Shown here in pieces: positions 36,716 to 44,965 of a stretch of DNA of 64,000 bases. Source of the DNA: an uncultured Gammaproteobacteria bacterium (lineage in GTDB: Bacteria > Pseudomonadota > Gammaproteobacteria > Steroidobacterales > Steroidobacteraceae); the NCBI GenBank assembly GCA_963800385.1, contig CAWDAU010000009.1:721264-785263 (forward strand). Reading direction: 5' to 3'. The translations under genes and the position numbers were made by a program. Numbering within the stretch: the stretch's first letter is position 1; each line of letters begins with the position of its first letter. The notes under the pieces are model-generated. The model was not told the origin of the DNA. It was given only the letters and a program-made list of their open reading frames with translations, and searched no databases.

Positions 36716-37861
36716 ATGAAATTTCTGCCGTTATTCTGGTCCGGCATCTGGCGAAAACCCGGCCGAACCGCCCTCATTTTCCTTCAGGTCTGTGTCGCAT
36801 TTGCGCTTTTCGGCATGCTGCAGGGCCTGAAAACGGGCGTTGACCACGCTGCTGCCGCGGCGCGCGCCGATCTTCTGATCGTGCATAGCCGCTTGAGCTT
36901 TCTTGCGGAACCGCTGCCCGCGGCCGCGCTCGACCGGATCAAGTCGATACCGGGAGTGCAGCTGGTGGTCCCCGTCGATATTTTCGGGGCGACTTATCAA
37001 AAGCCCACACAGCGCCTGGCCGTGGTCGCCATCGGCATCGGCAAGGATTGGCCGTCTGCTTTTACTTTCACGATCGCGCCCGACTATCTTGCGGCCTTCC
37101 AAAAACTGCGCACCGCAGCCCTGGTCAGGAACGAACTGGCGGAAAAGTATGGTTGGAAGATCGGCGATCGCATCCCGCTCATGTCCAATACGGCGCAAAT
37201 GAACGGATCAACCGACTGGGCTTTCGATGTGGTGGGAACCTTCAGCGACAGCGACGTCGGCGGGGGGCGAGACAATATTCTGATCAACCTGGCCTACCTA
37301 GACGAGGCACGCTTTCTCGGCAAGGGCACTGTTCAGCACTTCAACGTCGCGATAGCGGACCCGAAGCAAGCCGCCGCGGTCGCCGATGAAATCGACCGGC
37401 GCTTCGCCAATTCTTCTCAGGAAACCAAAACCGAATCCTTGCTGGAACTGGCGCAGCAGCAAGCGCAGTCGATCGGCGACATGAACTTCCTCATCCGGGC
37501 GGTTGTCGGCGCAGCTCTGGCGGCGCTGCTTTTCGCCACAGCGAGCATGATGATGCAATCGATCCGCGAGCGTAGGTTGGAACTGGCGGTCTTGAAAGCG
37601 GTGGGCTTCACCGACCGCACCGTGTTCCTGATCGTGGTGGCGGAAGCGTTGCTGGTATGCATTGCCGCAGCGGCGTTCGGACTTGCCCTGGCCACCGCGC
37701 TGCTGCCCATTGCCGGGATCTTTGTGGTTGGGCTTTCGATGCCGAAGATCGTCGTCGCGGCCGGTCTGGCGCTTGCCGTACTGGTGGCGCTGATCAGCGC
37801 CGCGGTCCCGGCCGCGCTGGCCGCACGCCTCAAAGTCGCGGCTGCGCTGGCCGGCGCTTAG
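36716..37861 (+). CDS. ABC-transporter permease, FtsX/MacB-type
   Basis: N-terminal TM helix, a large periplasmic domain, then three C-terminal TM helices (FtsX fold). Start is the ATG at 36716 (MKFLPLFWSGIWRKPGRT). Confidence 0.8.
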   Translation: MKFLPLFWSGIWRKPGRTALIFLQVCVAFALFGMLQGLKTGVDHAAAAARADLLIVHSRLSFLAEPLPAAALDRIKSIPGVQLVVPVDIFGATYQKPTQRLAVVAIGIGKDWPSAFTFTIAPDYLAAFQKLRTAALVRNELAEKYGWKIGDRIPLMSNTAQMNGSTDWAFDVVGTFSDSDVGGGRDNILINLAYLDEARFLGKGTVQHFNVAIADPKQAAAVADEIDRRFANSSQETKTESLLELAQQQAQSIGDMNFLIRAVVGAALAALLFATASMMMQSIRERRLELAVLKAVGFTDRTVFLIVVAEALLVCIAAAAFGLALATALLPIAGIFVVGLSMPKIVVAAGLALAVLVALISAAVPAALAARLKVAAALAGA

Positions 37862-37877
37862 CGGCTGACGTGACGGC

Positions 37878-39041
37878 ATGAATACGCTGCGGCAGTTTTT
37901 CGGCATCTTGCGCGTCAATCTGTCGGGAGCAGCGCAGCGAATGGGGTCGATTTTGACCATCGTCATCGGCGTGGCGTGCGCCGTCGGCGTGCTCATTTCC
38001 ATGCTGGCAATGGGCGTAGGCGTGCAGCGCCAGGCGACCGGCGACGTGCGCCCCGACCGCGTGATACTCAGCAGCACCGGCGCGCGCCGCATGCAGAGCA
38101 GCATCCCCAGAGATGAAGCGGTGATCGCGCGCGACCTGCCGGGTATCAAAAGGGCTGCCGACGGCGCGCCGATTGCCGTATTCGAAGCGTCGATTCCCAT
38201 TGAAGCGCGCCGGCGGGTGACGGGAGCGCGCCTCTTCTTTCCGCTCGTGGGCACGACCGCCAACTTCAGCGAGTACCGGCCGGAGATTCGCCTCGTCGGC
38301 GGCCGCGTGTTTCATCCCGGACTGCATGAACTCATCGCTTCCAACCCGTGCGGGCGCCAATTCGCTGGGTTCGACATTGGCGATCGGCGTTCGATACGCG
38401 GCGTGGACTGGACCATCGTCGGCCGCTTCGAGCAGGGACATTCGCAGCAGTGCATCCTGTACGCAGACGTCGACGCGCTCATGTCCGCCTTCAACCGCAA
38501 TACCTACAACGCGGTTTCCGTGATGCTGCAATCCCCCGCGGCATTCGCTGCGTTTCGCAGCGCATTGCAGGCCAATCCTACGCTGCACCTCGAGGCCCAG
38601 CGCGAAAGCGAAGCGGTGCGGGATCAATTCATACAGCTCAAAGGCATCCTGGATTTCGCCAGCTACTTCGTGGGTGCCATCATGGCGATCGGCGCCACAT
38701 TGGGCGCAGTGAACTCGCTGTACGCGATCGTTGACTCGCGCCGCCGCGAGATGGGCACCCTGCGCGCGATCGGGTTTGGTTCCGGCGCGGTTGTCGCTTC
38801 CATAGTTTGCGAATCGCTGTTGTTTGCCCTCCCGGGAGCGCTGCTGGGAACCGCTCTGGCGTGGATTTTTTTCAACGGCTTATCGGCGAGCCCGTTCGGC
38901 TACAATTTTCGTTTGGCGGTGACGGTGCCTCTGGGACTGATCGGCATCGCGTGGGCGCTGGCGATGGGCTTGGTCGGCGGCGTGTTGCCGGCGCTGCGGG
39001 CGGGCCGCTTGCCGGTCGCGACGGCCCTGCGCGCCACCTGA
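37878..39041 (+). CDS. ABC-transporter permease, FtsX/MacB-type (second copy)
   Basis: Same topology as the previous permease, with the characteristic RRREMGTLRAIGF loop. Confidence 0.8.
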   Translation: MNTLRQFFGILRVNLSGAAQRMGSILTIVIGVACAVGVLISMLAMGVGVQRQATGDVRPDRVILSSTGARRMQSSIPRDEAVIARDLPGIKRAADGAPIAVFEASIPIEARRRVTGARLFFPLVGTTANFSEYRPEIRLVGGRVFHPGLHELIASNPCGRQFAGFDIGDRRSIRGVDWTIVGRFEQGHSQQCILYADVDALMSAFNRNTYNAVSVMLQSPAAFAAFRSALQANPTLHLEAQRESEAVRDQFIQLKGILDFASYFVGAIMAIGATLGAVNSLYAIVDSRRREMGTLRAIGFGSGAVVASIVCESLLFALPGALLGTALAWIFFNGLSASPFGYNFRLAVTVPLGLIGIAWALAMGLVGGVLPALRAGRLPVATALRAT

Positions 39042-39048
39042 TGATCTT

Positions 39049-39556
39049 TCAATTGATTTGCAGCGCTCTCGCGATCCGTGCGGCGATGGCGTGGCTATCG
39101 CCCCGCGGCGCGCGCGGATACACCCGAGGACCGCGATTCCAAGCATCGCCCAAGCGGAACCAATCGACCGGCTTGGCGGAAACCCCGCTGCTCAATTCTG
39201 CATCGAGCGACGTGACGTAGGTCTGCCAGCGAACCCGGCAGCGCACTCGGCGTGGTCCCTTCAATCTTGATGCGCCCGTTCGCGTTTGAAATGCGAAACC
39301 GCTCCGGTCCGCCGCCCGGCTGCAGCGCGCCCGGCTGCAGCGCGCTCAATTCGAACTGCGCGGCTCTCGAACCCAGCAGACGATGCAGCAGCTGCTGTTC
39401 GGGTTTGACGTCGAAGAGAGCGGATCCGGCCGCCTGGGCGGCGAACAGCGCGAGACACAGGCCGAGGGCCGCGAGCGGGCGGCGCGACGGAAACAGGCCC
39501 ATCCAGAGCCGCCGGCCGCGGAATTCGAAATTCATCTTCGGATCCATTCGGCGCAC
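39049..39556 (-). pseudogene. truncated, frameshifted remnant of an alpha-N-acetylglucosaminidase (NAGLU)-like gene (signal peptide plus N-terminal domain only)
   Basis: ORF 39095-39556 has a signal peptide and LLHRLLGSRAAQFEL...ERFRISNANGRIKIEGTTPSAL, resembling the NAGLU N-terminal domain. Similarity then seems to move into ORF 39049-39264. A full enzyme would be several-fold longer. Confidence 0.4.
39315..39344. repeat. perfect 15-bp tandem duplication (cccggctgcagcgcg x2)
   Basis: Read directly from the sequence. It duplicates the pentapeptide ALQPG within the remnant ORF. Confidence 0.9.
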
Positions 39557-39622
39557 TATACGATGAGCCGGGTTTTGCGGTTCGAGGTTGTGGTCGCAGC
39601 CGCGGGCACGCTAGCATGCGCC

Positions 39623-40297
39623 ATGAGACGAGTGCCGCCCAAAGCATTTTTATCCTGGAGCTCCGGCAAGGACAGCGCGTTCGCGCTGTGCGAGGCGCGG
39701 CGACTCGGGCTCGCGGAGGTCGTCGGCATCGTGACCACGGTCAACGAGGCTCATGACCGGGTCGCGATGCACGGCGTGCGTTCCGAGCTGCTCGATCGCC
39801 AGATCACAGCCTTGAACCTGCGCGCGATCAAGGTCCTGATACCCAGCCGCTGCACGAATCAAGTCTATGAGACGCGTATGGCGGACGCCTGCGCGGCGAT
39901 CAAGGCGGCGGGTGTTCAGCACATCATATTTGGCGATCTGTTTCTCGCCGACATTCGCGCCTATCGAGAGCGAACCCTCGCAGATCTCGGCATGACGCCG
40001 ATCTTTCCTCTGTGGGGGCGCAACACGCGGCAATTGGCGGCAGAAATGATCGAGCGCGGAATCGTCGCCCATCTAGTGTGTCTGGATCCGACGCTGCTGT
40101 CCGCGAAGTTCGCGGGGCGCCGCTTCGATGCGGCCCTGCTCGCGGAGATCCCGTCCCAGGTCGATCCGTGCGGAGAGAACGGCGAATTTCATACCGTGGT
40201 GACCGGGGGCCCGATGTTTAGCGCGCCCATCGCCGTCTCGATCGGCCGGACAGTCGAACGCGATGGGTTCGTCTTTACCGACGTCACGCCCGATTAG
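39623..40297 (+). CDS. adenine-nucleotide alpha-hydrolase, Dph6/MJ0570-related ATP pyrophosphatase
   Basis: PP-loop SWSSGKDSAF and a C-terminal GENGEFHT motif. Start is the ATG at 39623. Confidence 0.7.
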   Translation: MRRVPPKAFLSWSSGKDSAFALCEARRLGLAEVVGIVTTVNEAHDRVAMHGVRSELLDRQITALNLRAIKVLIPSRCTNQVYETRMADACAAIKAAGVQHIIFGDLFLADIRAYRERTLADLGMTPIFPLWGRNTRQLAAEMIERGIVAHLVCLDPTLLSAKFAGRRFDAALLAEIPSQVDPCGENGEFHTVVTGGPMFSAPIAVSIGRTVERDGFVFTDVTPD

Positions 40298-40313
40298 CGC
40301 GGCGCCGCATAAC

Positions 40314-41174
40314 TTACTTCGGTCGGTAGGCTTCCGCCAACAGGTCGCCGTCGATGCCGGCATTGTCCTTGCTTCCGGTCGCATAGCGATACAGCGCGGC
40401 AGTGTAGATGGCGTGCAAGGTCGTACTGACCAGTCCCAGCGCGATCATCGTCAATACAAACAGTGCCATTGCCATGAAGATCGATCCGGCCGCCCGTGTC
40501 GAGGTTGCGGCCATCACGAGCAACCAGGCGAGAACGCCGATGGGAATCGCGATCACGGCCACGCCGAGACTGATGCCGCCGTTGCCGATGACGTTCTCGC
40601 CCCAGTTGCGCCGCAGAAGCGCGAGGCTGCGCGAGATCGCTTCAATCGGGCCGACGTTCTCTTCGATCAATACGGGCAGCGTCATCGCCGTCGCGAGAGT
40701 CCAGCCCGCGCCGATGAGCGCGATGACGATGCGGCCGATGAATCCAACCCGATCTTCGATTGAACGCAGAATCGTACCCACCGTGGCGGCCATGACGGCA
40801 TAACCTAAAATGGCCGGCAGGTGTGCGAGCGCCATCTGCAAGCCTTCGCCGACGCTGGCGGATTCGCCGTCGAGCCGCTTGAGGGCGACGCCGATCAGCG
40901 CCGAATTGAAGAACATCATCACGGCGTAGCTGACGAAATAAAAAACATACATCGCGATGTAGAACAATAGCCGGCTGGTGTGGGTCGTGCTGCCGTCCGC
41001 CAGAACCGGTTGCAGGCTGTGATAAAACGCGAACATGGGCAGCGCAAAGGAACCGAGCAGGATCAACAGAACGATGGAGGACAGCAGCGGGAACACCAGC
41101 AGCGCGGGATCTTCCTTGAGTACGTCCCAGCATTGCCCGGCAAGCGACCAACTGCGAGAGATCTTGTCGAACAC
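40314..41174 (-). CDS. multi-pass membrane protein (DUF6159-like)
   Basis: The GTG at 41174 is preceded by GGAGGG at 7 nt (VFDKISRSWSLAGQCWDVLKEDP...). Several TM helices follow. Confidence 0.65.
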   Translation of the reverse strand: MFDKISRSWSLAGQCWDVLKEDPALLVFPLLSSIVLLILLGSFALPMFAFYHSLQPVLADGSTTHTSRLLFYIAMYVFYFVSYAVMMFFNSALIGVALKRLDGESASVGEGLQMALAHLPAILGYAVMAATVGTILRSIEDRVGFIGRIVIALIGAGWTLATAMTLPVLIEENVGPIEAISRSLALLRRNWGENVIGNGGISLGVAVIAIPIGVLAWLLVMAATSTRAAGSIFMAMALFVLTMIALGLVSTTLHAIYTAALYRYATGSKDNAGIDGDLLAEAYRPK

Positions 41175-41297
41175 GGATTGACCCTCCGAGGCTATTTGGA
41201 CATTGCGCCACAGATCAGCCGCTTTTGGGGCGGTCAATTGCTGAAAATGTGACTTGACCGCGCCAGTCCTGGGTAAAGTGTGACTCAACCGACGCTG

Positions 41298-42032
41298 CTA
41301 GCAGCCCAGCCTGCGGCTCGGATGCAAGCCGCACTCGCGCGATTCGCCGCGTTCCCACCACCAGCGTCCGGCGCGTTCGGCGTCGCCCGGCTCTATGGCG
41401 CGCGTGCACGGCGCGCAGCCGATGCTGGGGAAGCCCCGATCGTGCAATGAGTTGTAAGGCAACTCCCTCCTGCGGATATATTCCCAGACCTCCTCTTCGC
41501 TCCAATCGAGCAACGGGCTCACCTTGTGCAGACCGTACTCTCCGTCCCACTCGACGCGTGCAGCCATGGCACGGCTCGCCGACTGACTGCGCCTGATGCC
41601 AGTAACCCAAGCACCCCTCCCCGAGAGCGCGCGTCGAAAGGGCTCGACTTTGCGAATCTTGCAGCACTGCTGCCGCTTTTCAGGCCCCTCGCGGAATCCG
41701 TTGATACCATTCGCGTCAACCCAACTCTCCAACCGATCCGCATGTGGATAGTAAAATCTCAGTCGGCGCGCAAAATGCAGCTCCAGACGCCGCACCAGAT
41801 CGAAAGTTTCGGGGAACAGGCGTCCGGTATCGATGCTGAAAATATCGATTTCCGGCACCTGCCCCCAGATCAAGTCGGTCAGGACCATAGCCTCCGCCCC
41901 GAGGCTGTTTGCGTAACAGACGTTTCCGTATTCCGAAACCGCTGCGCGCAACTGTGAAACACTGTCCGCGGCCCGTGCGCGCAAAGGCGGGGGCAACTCG
42001 GATGAAGACGGGGCATTGGACCGGTTTCGCAT
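41298..42032 (-). CDS. cysH: adenylyl-/phosphoadenylyl-sulfate reductase (thioredoxin-dependent), Fe-S type
   Basis: C-terminal ECGLH motif plus the CC...CxxC cysteines (QQCCKIRK, GCAPCT) typical of APS-type CysH. Confidence 0.85.
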   Translation of the reverse strand: MRNRSNAPSSSELPPPLRARAADSVSQLRAAVSEYGNVCYANSLGAEAMVLTDLIWGQVPEIDIFSIDTGRLFPETFDLVRRLELHFARRLRFYYPHADRLESWVDANGINGFREGPEKRQQCCKIRKVEPFRRALSGRGAWVTGIRRSQSASRAMAARVEWDGEYGLHKVSPLLDWSEEEVWEYIRRRELPYNSLHDRGFPSIGCAPCTRAIEPGDAERAGRWWWERGESRECGLHPSRRLGC

Positions 42033-42157
42033 GCGAAACTGTAGATCGGCCGGAAGCGGATGGAAACGACCGTGAAATCATAAGTTGATGCTGTTTTGTG
42101 CTGGCAGACCTATAGGGAAGCCAACAATTAACCCCGCCGGGCCCCTATAGTGAGCAA

Positions 42158-42928
42158 ATGATCGATTTAGCCCAAACGCTGTCCGGATTCCTCGTGGGAG
42201 TCATCGTCGGACTCACCGGGGTCGGCGGCGGCTCGCTCATGACGCCGCTGCTCGTGCTGTTCTTCGGCATTCATCCCGTGACGGCGGTGGGCACGGATCT
42301 GTTGCATGCAGCGGTCACCAAGTCCGCCGGGACTTATGTACACGCCAAGAAACATCGCGTGGATTGGCGCATCACCGCCTTATTGGCTGCCGGCAGCCTG
42401 CCTGCCGCCATCATCACGCTCCTCAGCCTGCATGCCTTCACCGGCGGACTCGGCAGCTCCAAAATCATCACCACGACGCTTGGCGTCGCGCTCATCTTCA
42501 CCGGCTTGGCGCTGGCGCTGCGCGCACGCATGAAGCGCCTGTCGCAAGCTTATGGCCGCATCGAGCTCCCGCGCCATCCGGGGTTTACCGTGGCGACCGG
42601 AGTGGCGCTCGGCATTCTCGTTTCGCTCTCCTCGGTGGGAGCCGGCGCCCTCGGCATCACCGCGCTGATTTTCCTTTACCCAAGGCTCGCGGCGCAGCGA
42701 ATCGTGGCCTCGGATTTGGCGCACGCAGTGCCACTGACGCTCATTGCAGGTTTGGGCCATTGGCTTTTCGGCAGCGTCGATTGGCGCTTGTTGGCTTCCT
42801 TGCTGGTCGGCTCTTTGCCCGGGATTTATCTCGGCAGTCATCTGGTGGGGCACATACCGGAGAGGATCTTGCGCGTGCTGTTGATACTGATGCTGCTCCT
42901 CATCGGCACGCGCCTGCTGCTGTTTTGA
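42158..42928 (+). CDS. TauE/SafE family sulfite/anion exporter
   Basis: 7-8 TM helices and an N-terminal GLTGVGGGSLMTPLL motif. Confidence 0.85.
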   Translation: MIDLAQTLSGFLVGVIVGLTGVGGGSLMTPLLVLFFGIHPVTAVGTDLLHAAVTKSAGTYVHAKKHRVDWRITALLAAGSLPAAIITLLSLHAFTGGLGSSKIITTTLGVALIFTGLALALRARMKRLSQAYGRIELPRHPGFTVATGVALGILVSLSSVGAGALGITALIFLYPRLAAQRIVASDLAHAVPLTLIAGLGHWLFGSVDWRLLASLLVGSLPGIYLGSHLVGHIPERILRVLLILMLLLIGTRLLLF

Positions 42929-43015
42929 TTGACGGGAGGACTCCTGGGCGTGAAATGCCTGCTCATCTGTGCCACGATGGGCCGGTGCGCAGCGGGCAGA
43001 AATCGGAGATCTTGA

Positions 43016-43222
43016 ATGGACGAAGAAACCCTCAACTTGAGCATCCGCAAATTCCTCAAGGCGGTCGGCATCAATTCCCAGCGGGCAATTGAGCAGGCGG
43101 TGGCCAAAGCCATCGCGGCGAACGGCATTTCTGGCACCGAATCCTTTCCTGCCAAAATGACCCTGGAAGTCGCCGGACTCAACCTGAAAGTGGAATTCAG
43201 CGGCGACATTGCGCTTCAATAG
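43016..43222 (+). CDS. small conserved hypothetical protein (DUF6494-like)
   Basis: MDEETLNLSIRKFLKAVGINSQRAIEQAV.... Family assignment is from memory only. Confidence 0.5.
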   Translation: MDEETLNLSIRKFLKAVGINSQRAIEQAVAKAIAANGISGTESFPAKMTLEVAGLNLKVEFSGDIALQ

Positions 43223-43236
43223 CCGCTCCCTGAGCG

Positions 43237-44367
43237 ATGCTCTTCGAACATGACATCGTCGTGATCGGCGCCGGCATGGCCGGCGCCTCGATCGCCGCGC
43301 ATTTGGCCGAGCATCTCTCGGTTCGACTGCTCGAAATGGAACCCAAGCCCGGTTATCACTCCACCGGCCGATCGGCCGCCGTCTTTGCCGAGTTCTACGG
43401 GAACGATACCGTGCGGGCCTTGACCCGCGCGAGCCGCGAGTTTTTCTTTTCCCCGGATCCTGGTTTCACCGCGGGTCCGCTGATCAAACCTCGCGCAATT
43501 CTGGTCATTGCCCGAGCCGATCAAGGCGATGCGTTTGCGAGCTTCTCGGCTTCCGCCAACGGCATCGAGTTGAAAACCGCGCAGCAAGCGCGGGCGCTCC
43601 ATCCCGTGCTTCGCGCGGATGATCTATGCGGGGGCGCCTATATCAAGAACGCCGGGGATATCGAGGTGCATGAGCTGCATCAGGGGTATTTGCGGCTCTT
43701 TCGATCGAGGCGCGGAGCCCTGACCACCGGGGCACAGGTCACGCATCTGGAATGGAACGGCAGCTCTTGGTCGCTGCGAACGCCCGGCGATGCCTTCCGC
43801 GCCAAGATCGTGGTCAATGCCGCCGGCCCGTGGGCCGGCGAGATCGGCAAGCTCGCCGGCGCGATCGATGTGGGATTGCAGCCGCGCAAGCGCACGGCGT
43901 GCCTGATCCAACCTGCGCCGGAACACAGGGTCCAGGAATGGCCCATGTTGGTGGACGTGCAAGAGCAATTTTATTTGAAGCCCGATGCCGGCATGTTGTT
44001 GCTGTCGCCCGCGGACGAGACGCTATGCGAACCCGGCGATGTTCAGCCCGACGAGATGGACATCGCAGTGGCGGTGGATCGAATCGAACGCGCCACCACG
44101 CTCAACGTAACGCGAATCGCCCACAAATGGGCCGGAATTCGTTCATTCGTCGAGGATCGCGCGCCGCTGGTGGGGTTCGATCCGCATCAACCGAAGTTTT
44201 TTTGGCACGCCGCGCTCGGTGGCTTCGGTATTCAAACCGCGCCCGCGTTGAGTCAGGCGGCGGCAGCGCTGGTCCTGGGGGGATCCCTTGGGGACTCTCT
44301 GCGCTCCTTCGGGGTCACCGAGGCTGCGCTTTCGCCGTCCCGCCTGTCGCGGGCGCTTCCGACTTGA
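43237..44367 (+). CDS. FAD-dependent oxidoreductase (DAO family)
   Basis: Dinucleotide fold DIVVIGAGMAGASIAAHL. Confidence 0.8.
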   Translation: MLFEHDIVVIGAGMAGASIAAHLAEHLSVRLLEMEPKPGYHSTGRSAAVFAEFYGNDTVRALTRASREFFFSPDPGFTAGPLIKPRAILVIARADQGDAFASFSASANGIELKTAQQARALHPVLRADDLCGGAYIKNAGDIEVHELHQGYLRLFRSRRGALTTGAQVTHLEWNGSSWSLRTPGDAFRAKIVVNAAGPWAGEIGKLAGAIDVGLQPRKRTACLIQPAPEHRVQEWPMLVDVQEQFYLKPDAGMLLLSPADETLCEPGDVQPDEMDIAVAVDRIERATTLNVTRIAHKWAGIRSFVEDRAPLVGFDPHQPKFFWHAALGGFGIQTAPALSQAAAALVLGGSLGDSLRSFGVTEAALSPSRLSRALPT

Positions 44368-44965
44368 GCACCGAGTCGACCAAGTCGCCATCCTCGCTGG
44401 TGCAGCCGGAGAGCGCCGAGGCATCATCGCAGCCGGGCCCGAGTAGGTACGCGTGTCCCATCCCCGAATCGATGTACATGCACTGGCCCGCCTCCAGCAC
44501 CACAGGCTCGTAGAACTCCGTGTGCACGGCGACGCGCCCGGTCAGCACGAAAATGAATTCCTCGCCCGCGTGCCGCACCAGCTCGCCGAACTCTTCCAGG
44601 GTCCTCGCATGCGGACGGCCAAATATCGGAATCATCCGCTTCTTGCGCAGGTCCGGGCACAGAAAATAGTAATCGTAGTTGCGCGAGTCGACATGCAGGG
44701 CGCTCTCCAGTGTGCCGATGCTGCGCCTCGTCATGACTCGGGACACACTCTCATCCCCGTACGCCAGCAGCTCGGACATGCGCATTTTGAGTCTCTGGCT
44801 GACCTGCAGAAGCTTGTCGTAGCTCAATGTGAGCTGATCGTGCTCGACTTTGGCGAGCGTCGACAGCGGAATGCCCGTCCTTTCGCTCATCTGCTTGCGC
44901 GTCCAGCCATTGCGAGTGCGCAGGGCACGCATCAGCTTCCCCAGCGTCGGCACATTCTCAGTCAT
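44315..44965 (-). CDS. XRE-family HTH regulator with C-terminal cupin domain
   Basis: HTH segment LMRALRTRNGWTRKQMSERTGIPLSTLAKVEH, and a cupin segment GEEFIFVLTGRVAVHTE. Confidence 0.8.
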   Translation of the reverse strand: MTENVPTLGKLMRALRTRNGWTRKQMSERTGIPLSTLAKVEHDQLTLSYDKLLQVSQRLKMRMSELLAYGDESVSRVMTRRSIGTLESALHVDSRNYDYYFLCPDLRKKRMIPIFGRPHARTLEEFGELVRHAGEEFIFVLTGRVAVHTEFYEPVVLEAGQCMYIDSGMGHAYLLGPGCDDASALSGCTSEDGDLVDSVLKSEAPATGGTAKAQPR

